A stretch of 64,000 bases of DNA from Nitrosarchaeum sp. (GTDB lineage Archaea; Thermoproteota; Nitrososphaeria; Nitrososphaerales; Nitrosopumilaceae): assembly GCA_965223865.1 (NCBI GenBank), contig OZ245020.1, positions 1,536,001 to 1,600,000 of the forward strand, read 5' to 3'. Position 1 is the first letter of the stretch, and each line of letters begins with the position of its first letter. The notes beneath the pieces are model-generated. The model was not told where the DNA came from. It did not search any database and saw nothing but the letters and a program-made list of their open reading frames with translations. Made by a program: the position numbers and the translations under genes. Below, one piece after another: positions 1 through 9,967 of the stretch.

Positions 1-1
1 T

Positions 2-418
2 TATTCCAATAAAGTTAACAAATGACAAAGCTACCAAAAGTAAAATTGCAGAGATAGTAATAGACATATCAAAAAACTGTGTTAAATATCCTCCAAACCC
101 TAGCGCAACAGTTGCGCCAACAATCATGGAGGTAATTGCAGTTAGCCAACCAACAATAAATCCAATAAAATTGCTTTTGAATGCGTTTTTGACAAAAACA
201 TATTCTGCAGCTGCTTTTGGAAACAGCACTGCAAGCTCTGAATAACTCAATCCTGCAAACATTGCCACTATTGCTCCAAGTCCAAAGGAGATCCACATTG
301 CGTTGCCGGCAAACCCTGCAGCTTCGCCTATCAAGACATAGATCCCGGCACCAAGAGTCAATCCCACCCCGTACATGGTAAGCTCGAAAAGGCCCATGTG
401 ACGTTTTAATTCAGTCAA
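2..418 (-). CDS. APC-family amino acid permease, N-terminal part (runs off the window start)
   Basis: Manual translation from TTG at 418: LKRHMGLFELTMYGVGLTLGAGIYVLIGEAAG...LSYSELAVLFPKAAAEY, the typical APC TM1-TM2 signature; missed by the ORF track. Confidence 0.88.
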   Translation of the reverse strand, partial: MTELKRHMGLFELTMYGVGLTLGAGIYVLIGEAAGFAGNAMWISFGLGAIVAMFAGLSYSELAVLFPKAAAEYVFVKNAFKSNFIGFIVGWLTAITSMIVGATVALGFGGYLTQFFDMSITISAILLLVALSFVNFIGI

Positions 419-677
419 CTATGTTCCTGCTATCTATCAAAACAATTTTTACGTTTTTGGAATATTTGACATTATAGTTTCTTTAGAGCAGGCGTCATAC
501 TACATGAACTAAACCACCAATACCCACATGTTTGTAAACTAGTACTTTCTTGCCCGATGCAAAAATTATAGTAATTTGTTTTGGATGAATCTTCATTAAA
601 TTCTAAAAATGCGTCAATGTCAGAACCGAAAGTCAAGTTAATATGATTTATTCTCATTTATCAAACTGTGAACAAAA

Positions 678-1403
678 ATGAGTGCAGAAGAAATGCCAAA
701 TGAAAAATTTCTGATAGTCGCATTTCCCAGTGTAGGGTTGGGGGGATCTTTTGCCATATCTTACCTAGCTGCTCAATTGCAAATGAAGGATATTGGGGAG
801 CTGGAACTTGGAGAAATTTCCCCATCATATGTGATTAAAAATGGAGAGATATATGGTCCTATTCGCATATACAACAAAGACAACCTATATGCCATCCTGG
901 CAGGCATTCCCTTGAGTCCTATCTCAACATATGATCTAATTATAAAATCAATAGAGTTTGCAAAAGACAATGGCATCAAAAAAATAATCATTCCAAGGGG
1001 ATTGGAGGTGGATAAAGAATACAAAAATAGACCCATGTCATTTGGTCTGGCAGCTAACAGTAATTCCAAATCTCTTTTGGATGAGTATAATCTGTCAATT
1101 GTTCCGGGAGCTACAATTCTTGGTTCTGATGCAAGTGTAATTTCTGCAATCAAAAATTCTGAAGTTTCATGCATTGTTTTGTACACTACATGCAGAATGA
1201 TGATGCCAGATGATGATGCAATCATAAAATCCATCAACACCCTTGCAGACATCATCAAAGTCAAGGTGGAGACCGAAAAATTTGAGGAGAGGTTAGAAAA
1301 GATAAGCAAAGAAAATGAGAAAGTAATAGAGGAAACTAGAAAATATTATGAAAATCTAGCTGGAAGACCTGCATCTATGCCACAACCACCAGGAGTTGCA
1401 TAA
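678..1403 (+). CDS. PAC2-family proteasome assembly chaperone-like protein
   Basis: AFPSVGLGGSFA motif, GPIRIY, C-terminal coiled coil; paralog at 44536-45249. Confidence 0.8.
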   Translation: MSAEEMPNEKFLIVAFPSVGLGGSFAISYLAAQLQMKDIGELELGEISPSYVIKNGEIYGPIRIYNKDNLYAILAGIPLSPISTYDLIIKSIEFAKDNGIKKIIIPRGLEVDKEYKNRPMSFGLAANSNSKSLLDEYNLSIVPGATILGSDASVISAIKNSEVSCIVLYTTCRMMMPDDDAIIKSINTLADIIKVKVETEKFEERLEKISKENEKVIEETRKYYENLAGRPASMPQPPGVA

Positions 1404-1474
1404 AAGTTGCTTGTCTCAGATAAAAAATGATTTCTGGTTCAAAACTACCTGCTAGTCTTGCAACTAGCCCATAG

Positions 1475-1954
1475 TCAAATTTTTTCCTTTTCTGTTTGCT
1501 TGTTACTGTTTGTTGATTGTGATTTGTCAGATTGTGAGAATGATTTGGCATATGAATCCACCATCATATGAAAATAGCTATCAAATGATCTGATTGCTTC
1601 AATTCTTATTTTTGTATATTGGTCCAAAAGTTTGGATGTGATTTCAATATTCTGAATATAGTTATTCTTGATTGATTCAGAATTTTTCTTAATTTGTTCC
1701 AATATGTCTTGTTCTACATTTAATTTGTCAAAAAATTCCTTTTCAGCAACATAACATGTGCCAAAAATGTCATCTAAAGTATGCAAGTATTGCGTGTAAA
1801 GATTAGAGTAATTCTGGAAAAGCAGAGGTATCTGCGATTCTATTTTTTTGATGACTTCTGAGGTGTTTTCTTTCATTATTTCGCAAATCGATGAATTTTC
1901 TTGGTTGTCTTCAATGTCCTCTTTGATTTGATTTTCTTTTATTTTCATAATCAC
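1475..1954 (-). CDS. All-helical hypothetical protein, possibly phasin-like
   Basis: Amphipathic helices, no TM segment; QNYSNLYTQYL resembles QSVSDLQQEII in 18403-18879; overlaps the USP stop codon. Confidence 0.55.
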   Translation of the reverse strand: MIMKIKENQIKEDIEDNQENSSICEIMKENTSEVIKKIESQIPLLFQNYSNLYTQYLHTLDDIFGTCYVAEKEFFDKLNVEQDILEQIKKNSESIKNNYIQNIEITSKLLDQYTKIRIEAIRSFDSYFHMMVDSYAKSFSQSDKSQSTNSNKQTEKEKI

Positions 1955-2421
1955 TTTACCACCGTTACAGGAATATCTGCATGATGTATAACATGATATG
2001 ACACGCTTCCAAGCAAGACTTCTCCTACATGGCCTTTGCCAGTCATTCCAATCACAATATGATCAAATCCCTTATCATGAGCATATTGAACTACCTTATC
2101 TCCCGGCACTCCTTTTGCAACTATTCCTTGAAAACTGACAGAGTTTTCTTCACATATTTTTTTAGCATCTCCCATTATCCCATTTGCTTCTGCTAGTTGT
2201 TTTTCAGTATAGTTTTTCTCCTCAAGCGATGAAAGAGGTTTCAGTGTTTCTACAAACGACTTTGTACCCTTTTCTGAGGATATTATGTAAATACCAGTAA
2301 TTGAAGCGTTTGAAGGTATTGTAAGAGAGATTGCCTCTATTAGTGCACGTATTGAGTTATCAGAACCATCCAGCGGTACCAATATTTTGGATATCTCTTT
2401 TTGTTTCTTGTTTTTGCTCAT
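1951..2421 (-). CDS. Universal stress protein
   Basis: KILVPLDGS ... IVIGMTGKG...LLGSVS...PVTVVK. Confidence 0.93.
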   Translation of the reverse strand: MSKNKKQKEISKILVPLDGSDNSIRALIEAISLTIPSNASITGIYIISSEKGTKSFVETLKPLSSLEEKNYTEKQLAEANGIMGDAKKICEENSVSFQGIVAKGVPGDKVVQYAHDKGFDHIVIGMTGKGHVGEVLLGSVSYHVIHHADIPVTVVK

Positions 2422-2559
2422 ATCTTCTTCCAGATTTTAGCTATGAAATAACATACCAAAACATAAAGCATGAACACCATTCTCACAACTGAGCATGCTC
2501 TAAAAATCAAGATTGAAAATGAACATTTCATTTATCACCATGACAAAATAATCTAAAGC

Positions 2560-2736
2560 ATGAAAGACGAGGCTGAATCATTGGTGTCAGATGTTCAGAA
2601 TTATGCTGATGGACTTGTTTTGGCAATACAAAAAGGAAGAATCCAGGAGGGTTTGGAGTATGTTCAAAAAATGACCAATCATCTGGATCAAGTCAAACAG
2701 TATCTAGAATTAAAAAAATCCATTCCAGAAAACTAA
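2560..2736 (+). CDS. 58-aa helical hypothetical protein
   Basis: MKDEAESLVSDVQNYADGLVLAIQKG...; stop directly abuts the next ATG; box A ends 42 bp upstream; paralog at 8683. Confidence 0.65.
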   Translation: MKDEAESLVSDVQNYADGLVLAIQKGRIQEGLEYVQKMTNHLDQVKQYLELKKSIPEN

Positions 2737-3693
2737 ATGTCTGAAATCTGGCTAAGCGTAGTTTTGGTGGCAGTTGGCCTAGTGATGATCTACTATGGCG
2801 CAAACTGGCTCATAAACGGCTCAGTTGTAATTGCAAAGAGACTAAACATCAGCCATCTGATTATTGGTTTGACTATAGTCGCCTTTGGAACTTCAACTCC
2901 AGAGCTAACCGTAAGCCTTTCTGCAGTCCTAAGTGGCTACAATGATGTTACAATAGGAAATGTTGTAGGAAGCAACATTGCAAACATAGGATTAATTTTG
3001 GGAATTGCTGCAATTTTGAGTCCGCTGGCTGTAGCAAAAACAACAATTCGAAGAGAAATCCCAATAATGGTAATAGTCTCTGTTTTGATAATACCGCTAT
3101 CCCTTGATAACATGATATCGCAGGTGGAGGGAATTGCCATGATAGCAGGAGTTGTTTTGTTTACTGTTTTCAGTTACAGACAATCAAAAAAAGAGAAAAA
3201 ACCAGACATACCGCTAGAAACTGTTTCAAACGAAAAAGAAGTATCTTACAAAAAATCTGTTCTTAACATTGGAGCTGGGAGCGTATTTCTTATTGTAAGC
3301 TCGTTTATCACAGTGGATAATGCCGTCATTATAGCTGAAAGTTTTGGAGTTCCAAACCTGATAATTGGAATCACCTTGCTTGCAGTAGGCACATCACTTC
3401 CTGAATTGATCACCACAGTCATGGCAATAAAAAAAGGGCATGTTGATTTATCAGTCGGAAACATAATCGGAAGTAACATCTTTAACATTCTTGCAATTGC
3501 AGGGACGTCTGCTGCAGTTACTGGAATCATAGTAAATCCTGAAATTATGAGGGATTATTTGATAATGATCATATTCAGTCTTGCATTGATTCCTATAATG
3601 AAATCTGGCCTTTCAATAAACAAAGTTGAAGGAAGTCTTTTGTTAGGAGGTTACATTGCATATGCTGTGTTTTTGTTTTACACTCTAGTATGA
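2737..3693 (+). CDS. Calcium/sodium antiporter (YrbG/CaCA family)
   Basis: Two alpha repeats: GTSTPEL...GNVVGSNIAN and GTSLPEL...GNIIGSNIFN. Confidence 0.93.
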   Translation: MSEIWLSVVLVAVGLVMIYYGANWLINGSVVIAKRLNISHLIIGLTIVAFGTSTPELTVSLSAVLSGYNDVTIGNVVGSNIANIGLILGIAAILSPLAVAKTTIRREIPIMVIVSVLIIPLSLDNMISQVEGIAMIAGVVLFTVFSYRQSKKEKKPDIPLETVSNEKEVSYKKSVLNIGAGSVFLIVSSFITVDNAVIIAESFGVPNLIIGITLLAVGTSLPELITTVMAIKKGHVDLSVGNIIGSNIFNILAIAGTSAAVTGIIVNPEIMRDYLIMIIFSLALIPIMKSGLSINKVEGSLLLGGYIAYAVFLFYTLV

Positions 3694-3714
3694 GTTCAAA
3701 AAAATAAGAAAGAA

Positions 3715-4155
3715 TTATTGAGATTTTAGGTTAGCTAATGTTTCCATTATGACTTTCATCTGTTCCATAATAATTTGTTGTAGGTCATCTAGTTTTTGAT
3801 TCAGTTGTTTAATCTCATCTCTTAACTGTTGATTTTCTTGTCTTAATTTTTCAAGCTCGGTTGAATCTGAATTACTTATCATCTTATTTCTTGAGGAAGA
3901 AGTATTGTTGTCATCAGAATCAAATCTTAGCTGTTCGTTAATTTGTTCTCTTGTAAGTTGGCTGTTCTTGACTATGGCATCTAGCATTTCTACTCTCTGC
4001 TAGTTGAGTCAATCACTGCCTCAAGTTCAACTTCTACTTTGGATGCGTTGCCTCTTTTTTCAATTTCAACTTCTAATTTATTTTCTAATTTTTGGTCACC
4101 AGAGCGTTCTATTCTTAGTTCCTTGTCTGCCTCTTCTCTAATAAGTGAGAACTTT
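3715..4155 (-). pseudogene. Frameshifted fragment paralogous to the C-terminal half of 34277-35260
   Basis: Peptides KFSLIREEADKELRIERS... and ELEKLRQENQQLRDEIKQLNQKLDDLQQIIMEQMKVIM match the 34-35 kb gene; frameshift near 3990; no own N-terminus. Confidence 0.85.
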
Positions 4156-5178
4156 GTGTTTGTATAGAACGTCACTTACATCACGACGTAGTGTATGTGC
4201 TGTAGTGTCTCCATGGCCCATGCGTAACAAAATTTGTGCAAATCCCTCCTTTTCTATAATTTCCAGTAATTTTGGACGCAGTTCTGCAACTTCTATAGGT
4301 TGGCCAAAGAATGAAGCCCATAGATCTTGGCTGGCTCCGGCAAGCAAGATGTGTGCCAAAGCTTTGCCTGTAAGAACCCAATCTTTTGGCTCATCTGTCT
4401 TTGTTCCCAATATGGCTAAGATTGGAGAACCAGAGGCTAGCTGACGGTCCTTTGCAGCCTCGCCGTTTCCAACATCAAATGTGCGAACAACAAGAGTTCT
4501 AATTGAAGATTCTAAGTCACTTCGTCCATATCCATAGGCAGGTATGCCGTCTTTGCTTTTTGATTTACTGGAGCGAATCCATTTTACCAACTCTCTTCTA
4601 AATTTTCTATCTTTCATCTGTATTTTGTCTCCTTTGGAAATCAAATCGGATATGGCATTCTTTTTTTCGTCTTCTTTGATAATATGAAACCAAGTCTTGT
4701 TCTTTTTTGCAACATCTGCCATATAGTCAAGCAGAGAGTCTTCTACTTTGGTGTCATCAAATGGCATTCTGTTGGTGACTCTTTTTGGGATTGCTTTGAA
4801 TAGTTCCTTGTCTTCATCTGTGGGTTCATGTTTTTCACCTAGTCTTACAGATGCTATAATGTCAGGATTGTGAGGATCTGGAAGGATTTGTTCTTCTGCC
4901 TTGTATCCAAAGTATCTCATGGCCAGTTCAAGATGAAAGATGGCAGCACCGCAGCTAATGACCAGTTCCCTACTGCTAGGGTCTATTACTTCAAGTGCAC
5001 GAGTTTTGTCAGCGTGTAATTCTACCGTGTCGTGAATTATCTTAAAAACCCACGGTTGAGTGTTGTGTGTGGAAGGCGCCAAGATTGCATACTTGAGAAG
5101 AAACTCTAACTTTTCAAAAGGCATTTTATCATGTGGAAAGTCTTTTTCAGGTATTTCCCAGATGTTGAATTCATTCAT
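4138..5178 (-). CDS. Acg/Rv2032-family FMN-binding nitroreductase-like protein
   Basis: AILAPSTHNTQPW, DPSSRELVISCGAA, IPKRVTNRMPF, QILLRMG motifs. Confidence 0.9.
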   Translation of the reverse strand: MNEFNIWEIPEKDFPHDKMPFEKLEFLLKYAILAPSTHNTQPWVFKIIHDTVELHADKTRALEVIDPSSRELVISCGAAIFHLELAMRYFGYKAEEQILPDPHNPDIIASVRLGEKHEPTDEDKELFKAIPKRVTNRMPFDDTKVEDSLLDYMADVAKKNKTWFHIIKEDEKKNAISDLISKGDKIQMKDRKFRRELVKWIRSSKSKSKDGIPAYGYGRSDLESSIRTLVVRTFDVGNGEAAKDRQLASGSPILAILGTKTDEPKDWVLTGKALAHILLAGASQDLWASFFGQPIEVAELRPKLLEIIEKEGFAQILLRMGHGDTTAHTLRRDVSDVLYKHKVLTY

Positions 5179-5426
5179 AGAACAATCATGGTTTTTCAGA
5201 TTAAAATTTATTCTGATTAATTTCTATCTTGGAATGGGTTTTTAATAGAATGTATGATCTTTTAGGATTTTTAATGATCAAACCTTAAATCTGGTTTTGA
5301 TTATCTTTTTAGGTTACGTTTTCGAATTTGATAATACTGTATCTTTTTTTATATCGTTGTGAGAAAATGCATTATGCAAGAAACCAAGTTCGTTTTTTAC
5401 TTTAGGTCTGGTTTAGGGTTGAAAAG

Positions 5427-5804
5427 TTGGCTAGTTTAACTAAAAGAATTGGAAAATCACGAACCATAAAGACAAAGAGTGGAACTAGAGAAATAAAGAC
5501 TAGAGGTAGAGCTTTTAGAGATGTTGAAGGAAAAATCAGAACAGCTAGCCCCACATCTAGAGTAAGACAATCAATATTAGTTCCTCGAGATAAATTTACG
5601 AAAACAGAGGCAATAAAACTTTTAAAAAGAAAAGGCGCAATTACCAAAAAAATTGATGTTACCCAGAATTTCTTTAGATTTCGACAAATTAATCCATCAC
5701 TATTTGAAAAGGAGACCTTTAGAACTGTACAGGCAATAGGGTACCCAAAGGGAGTTCTTGCTGTTGGGGGAAGAATAAAACAAAAGAAAACACCATTCAA
5801 ATAA
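5427..5804 (+). CDS. Very basic 125-aa protein with a virus-like C-terminal domain
   Basis: K/R-rich N-terminus; QSILVPRDKFTKTEAIKLLK...KIDVTQNFFRFRQINP resembles, from memory, a small domain of phage/virophage-type proteins. Confidence 0.55.
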   Translation: MASLTKRIGKSRTIKTKSGTREIKTRGRAFRDVEGKIRTASPTSRVRQSILVPRDKFTKTEAIKLLKRKGAITKKIDVTQNFFRFRQINPSLFEKETFRTVQAIGYPKGVLAVGGRIKQKKTPFK

Positions 5805-5893
5805 TTTGAATTTGTAGCATATTAAAAATTACAAGATAACAGAAAATTCAAACTCCGGTATTTAGTAAAAACTAGTCAGATTGTTTTGGTGAC

Positions 5894-6085
5894 TTGTTAA
5901 ATTGTGCAATAATATTTGCATACGAATTCATCAAGGAAGTAAAAAAAGTTGAAAAGACGTTTGGTGCATACAATGTAGTGATAAAACTAGAGGTTGAATT
6001 CGTCTCAAAGATCAAAAATATAATGTCTGAGAAGATAAGAAATAGGCAAGGAATTCAAAGTACACTGATGGTTGTAACCGTATAG
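5894..6085 (+). pseudogene. Lrp/AsnC ligand-binding domain fragment
   Basis: VKKVEKTFGAYNVVIKLE...KIRNRQGIQSTLM; N-terminus truncated relative to 27971-28231. Confidence 0.65.
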
Positions 6086-6346
6086 ATGCTGCAGCAGCAA
6101 CTCTTTATCAGTAAGATCTATAAGCAAAGATCTTCTTTTTGATTTGAGATGTCTGGTTCTATTTCAAAATGGTGGGAAGGAATAAAAGAATTAAAAGATG
6201 ACATTGAATGCTATGTTTCTAATCCTGATTTGGATGCAAATGTTCTAGATGCTTGAGTATTTCACATGAGTAAAAAATCCAACTTATCATATTCACTATA
6301 GTATTTGCTGCAATGCTAGTTAAAATAAAATGGAGTTAATGGTTGC

Positions 6347-6535
6347 TTATTCCAATTTTGTTTTTGCTTTTTTGATCATTGCCATCTCTTCTTTAAGATG
6401 TTTTTTTAGAATGCGTTCATGGTCTTTTTTGTGCGAACTGTATGCCTTGTTTAATGCCTGTTTTGTTTTTGCTTTTTTTATTGCAGCATTGAATTTTTTG
6501 TGAATTGTGTTCACTTGTGCAGTATAGCTTGCCAT
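6347..6535 (-). CDS. Small Lys/His-rich helical hypothetical protein
   Basis: 62-aa ATG ORF, strongly basic, AT-rich TATA-like sequence upstream. Confidence 0.7.
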   Translation of the reverse strand: MASYTAQVNTIHKKFNAAIKKAKTKQALNKAYSSHKKDHERILKKHLKEEMAMIKKAKTKLE

Positions 6536-6592
6536 GAATGGTTTTTTTATTCATTGTTTAAATTGTATCATTAAAGCAAAAATTAGACATTC

Positions 6593-7495
6593 TTGTCTAG
6601 TTTTACATATTTTGAAAATAACAGAAAAAAAGAACTAGAGTACATTGAAGAATGCCTTAAAGAAGGAAAGAATGTTGTGGTAGATGACACAAACCTCACT
6701 CAAGCAATATGGAAGCAGCACATAGATCTTGTCAAAAGGTACAATGCCAAGGCGATTGGAATTTTCATGAACACCTCTACTGGTATGTTGATTCATTACT
6801 TGGAGTCATTTACAGATTCACTTGTTGTAACAGAAGAAAATGAAAACCCAATTGGGGTAATTGGAGGACGAGAGATAATTGAGAACGTCTTCAAAAACCC
6901 ATCTTCAGAATTTTTTGACAATACTACAGTGGAACAAATTACTGACAAAAATCTAGTAATTTTATCAGACACAACAAGCCTCGGAGAGCTTCTTGAGGCA
7001 TGGAAGAAGACAAGACGTGCATTTTCCATCATTCCAAATAATTTGGGAGGATATTCTGCAATATCTGCAAGAAAGGTACTAGAAATCGGCACAAATTGCA
7101 TTACTGATCTGACCATCTCTGAATTGCCCAAAAAAGAAGTCGTCACATTTGAGCAAGACAGCACTATCAGAGACATCATTGGTTTGATGCTGGAAAAAAA
7201 TACAAGAAAACTAGTTTTAAAAGATACAAACTATTTTATCAGTGATCGCTTGCTGATTCAAAGTATTGCACAGGAATTTGATTTTTTCAGAAATGTAAAA
7301 TTCTTAGAACACAAAGTTGAAAAGTCATTCAAGCTAGAAGAGATAAAAAAGATTTCCAAGGATGTCAATTTGGCAGAACTCTCAAAAATCATGTACACGA
7401 TGGTTCATCCTTATGTGCTTTATCAGGATCAAGTAGTCACTCCTTGGGACATCTGTATGGCATTGCAATCTGACAGGATAGAATTTTTGGGATGA
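6593..7495 (+). CDS. CBS-domain protein with a chimeric AAA_33/PNK-like N-terminal fragment
   Basis: EECLKEGKNVVVDDTNLT (kinase segment, no P-loop) joined near TGML to CBS-like repeats (PIGVIGGREII; IIGLMLEKNTRKLVL). Confidence 0.65.
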   Translation: MSSFTYFENNRKKELEYIEECLKEGKNVVVDDTNLTQAIWKQHIDLVKRYNAKAIGIFMNTSTGMLIHYLESFTDSLVVTEENENPIGVIGGREIIENVFKNPSSEFFDNTTVEQITDKNLVILSDTTSLGELLEAWKKTRRAFSIIPNNLGGYSAISARKVLEIGTNCITDLTISELPKKEVVTFEQDSTIRDIIGLMLEKNTRKLVLKDTNYFISDRLLIQSIAQEFDFFRNVKFLEHKVEKSFKLEEIKKISKDVNLAELSKIMYTMVHPYVLYQDQVVTPWDICMALQSDRIEFLG

Positions 7496-7572
7496 GATAA
7501 ATTTCTAGTCTGGAAAGACAAATAATGTTCAAGCATACAAGAATAGAATTTCTAAATAGCCTATCTTTTGGT

Positions 7573-8574
7573 TTAAGATTTTAATGACAAAAATCCCAGC
7601 AATACACTCATGCCGATAAATACCGCTATGGTAATTATCATGTGTCGTTGAGCCTTTTCTTTTTCATAGAACTTTCTAGGAGAGATGCCACCAATAAAAA
7701 AGACAACCATCATTCCTAAAACCAAGCCAATAATGTTTGCAGCAGTAAGCGTCAATGCGCTTGAAAATATATCAAAATCCCATAATGCAATTCCTATTCC
7801 TGCCACCGCTGCAGGTGGTACCAGGGCAGCTGCAATTGCCACACCTACCAAAATTCCTGGAATGTCAGTAGACATTGCAATGCCTCCTGCCAACCCCAAT
7901 GCTATTGCAACTGCCAAAAATACTGGAGACACTGCTGTTCTGGAAAGGATTTCATCTGTCAATGGCAAGTCTGTAAATTGGATTGCAATTGCAGTCAAAA
8001 AAGCACCCGTACCAATTACAGCTATCAGTAAAATCGAACCAGATGTTAACGCCCTGAGCATCTTGTCTGTTTTTCCAACTGCAGTGTTAAATGAGAAAGC
8101 AGAAATTGGACCTAACAGAGGAGATATCAACATTGCTCCAATTACCAGCGATGCATTATTTGCAAACAGGCCAGCTGTTGCGACACCTGCAGCAATAACA
8201 ATCATGAACAAAAGATTTCTGTTAAAATTTACATTGGGTTCAATTAGGGATTGGTATTCTTCAACTAGTTTTTTCTTTTTTATCTTGACTTGCTTTGCTT
8301 CTATCTCTTTTTCCAGATTTGAGATATAGTCTGATAATGTTGCCTCAATCGACAGACTAGTGATGTATAGTTCCTTTTTACGAGTATCTATTATTTTGTG
8401 CAGTTCATTTGTTAGCGTACTTGATATAGAATCTGGACAAATTCCAGTGTACCGCAAAAGTTTTTCGTCCTCAGATATTGTAAGCTCTGCATTAAATGGA
8501 ATCTTGTATTTTTTAAAAACATACTCTACGCTCTGGCTTTGGGGCTCATAGCAAAGTGCTTCAATTTTTCTCAT
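7573..8574 (-). CDS. TIGR00341/DUF389-family membrane protein
   Basis: LVIGAMLISPLLGP, EILSRT, LVGVAIAAALVPPA. Confidence 0.9.
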   Translation of the reverse strand: MRKIEALCYEPQSQSVEYVFKKYKIPFNAELTISEDEKLLRYTGICPDSISSTLTNELHKIIDTRKKELYITSLSIEATLSDYISNLEKEIEAKQVKIKKKKLVEEYQSLIEPNVNFNRNLLFMIVIAAGVATAGLFANNASLVIGAMLISPLLGPISAFSFNTAVGKTDKMLRALTSGSILLIAVIGTGAFLTAIAIQFTDLPLTDEILSRTAVSPVFLAVAIALGLAGGIAMSTDIPGILVGVAIAAALVPPAAVAGIGIALWDFDIFSSALTLTAANIIGLVLGMMVVFFIGGISPRKFYEKEKAQRHMIITIAVFIGMSVLLGFLSLKS

Positions 8575-8682
8575 ATCTTGCCTTCCTTGGTTTCTTTTTA
8601 CGCAACATCTTTATTTCTTGTTAAAGGTTTCTTGAATGAAATTTGACAAATACTTTATCTGCAAGAGAACCATTCCATATCC

Positions 8683-8808
8683 ATGAAAGACATAATTGAT
8701 TTTTTTATAAGTGATGTGAAAATTTATTCAAGCGGACTCTTCACTTCACTTGAAAACAATAGACATTATGAGGTTCAAGATTATTTACAAAATATGAATG
8801 ATGCATAA
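8683..8808 (+). pseudogene. Short (probably truncated) paralog of 2560-2736
   Basis: MKDIIDFFISDVKIYSSGL...YLQNMNDA aligns with MKDEAESLVSDVQNYADGL...YVQKMTNH; box A ends 42 bp upstream. Confidence 0.5.
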
Positions 8809-8987
8809 ATTCTAAATCTCCAGATTCATCTACACATACATAGAGTTTAGGCAAATTACTAAAAATTATGTATTATGAATTTAGCTGTTATCATAATATC
8901 AAAAAGAGCTTGTCTTGCAAAGATGTAATGATGTAAATCAAAATAAAATAAACTCAAAAATTTTTTGATTAGAAAAAAAATGGGCGG

Positions 8988-9551
8988 CTATGGGATTGCT
9001 CTGCTGTACAATTTGCCTTCTAAAGCCATCTTGTACATTTCTGCAACATATGGATTCTCACCAGGAGTTTCTGCACCAAGTTCTACGAGTCTAGCATATA
9101 CTCTGACTACGTATGCTAATGCACCCATGAATGCAACTACCACACCCATGTTAAACATCCAGTGATTTGGAACTGCAAAGATTTCCTCTACGAACCAAAA
9201 GTGCCACATCTCATTGACTCCAATTGTAAACATGGTTGCAAGGTAACCAAGAATGGTCATCTTCAATCCAGTGTTAATTGAGTTATTTGGACCTCTAAGA
9301 ACTGGAACTTTTCTATCATACATAGCTGCTGCTGCCCATCCAAGAGGTAATGTAATGAAGTGGGAGTATAGCCACCAGTGTGCTGGTGTAAATGCACTAT
9401 CTCTGATAGAGGTTTGATGTAAAGAACCATCAACGAAGTTGTCTACTTCGACTGATGCTGCAGTGGATCCCATAGCAATAACGATGAGCCAGATTTTCTT
9501 TAGTCTCTGAATCTCAACTTCTTTTGGGATTAATGCGGGCATCTGTGCCAT
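8988..9551 (-). CDS. amoC: Archaeal ammonia monooxygenase subunit C (solitary copy)
   Basis: MAQMPALIPKEVEIQRLKKIW...VDGSLHQTSIRDSAFTPAHWW...NEMWHFWFVEEIFAVPNHW; start placed at ATG 9551 (187 aa). Confidence 0.97.
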   Translation of the reverse strand: MAQMPALIPKEVEIQRLKKIWLIVIAMGSTAASVEVDNFVDGSLHQTSIRDSAFTPAHWWLYSHFITLPLGWAAAAMYDRKVPVLRGPNNSINTGLKMTILGYLATMFTIGVNEMWHFWFVEEIFAVPNHWMFNMGVVVAFMGALAYVVRVYARLVELGAETPGENPYVAEMYKMALEGKLYSRAIP

Positions 9552-9719
9552 GGTATTAATCAAGTAAATTCGGAATATAAAGAGAAAGATAAAAAATTTA
9601 CAAATTCTTTTCAAGATTTACATCAATTATTAAGAAAATTTTTAGAAATTTTTACTAATTAAAACTCAATTATAAAATAATTAGATGGTTTAGACATGGC
9701 AATCAATTGTTAAGCATTA

Positions 9720-9950
9720 ATGTTAAACAAACAAGTTCAACATTTTTTTACCAAATGCATGAGTCTGGCATGACAATCATCGATAGTTAGACAAAAGATG
9801 GTAATGAGATTTTTTATCATTATTTGGTTGATCAGAGTTTGGTAGATATTATGTTAGTTTGTGCATTTATTTCAATTTCTGTAATAATGTGCTCAGGAAT
9901 TCTAAGAGAAACAGTTCTTGATGTATGTCTTTTTTCTTTTTTTGTACTCT
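9720..9950 (-). pseudogene. Remnant of an RHH-type regulator like 36849-37376
   Basis: KKEKRHTSRTVSLRIPEHIITEIE...LINQI with frameshifts/stops; boundaries approximate. Confidence 0.45.
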
Positions 9951-9967
9951 ATGGTTTTAACAAATCA

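Noticed and set aside
773-1309. Long antisense ORFs (also 5402-5800, 7685-8329, 31580-32035, 48989-49432, 50307-50738)
   Set aside because: Shadows of well-supported genes on the opposite strand, with no motifs of their own
9552-9614. N-terminal extension of AmoC
   Set aside because: Covers the TATA region; archaeal AmoC matches from MAQMPA
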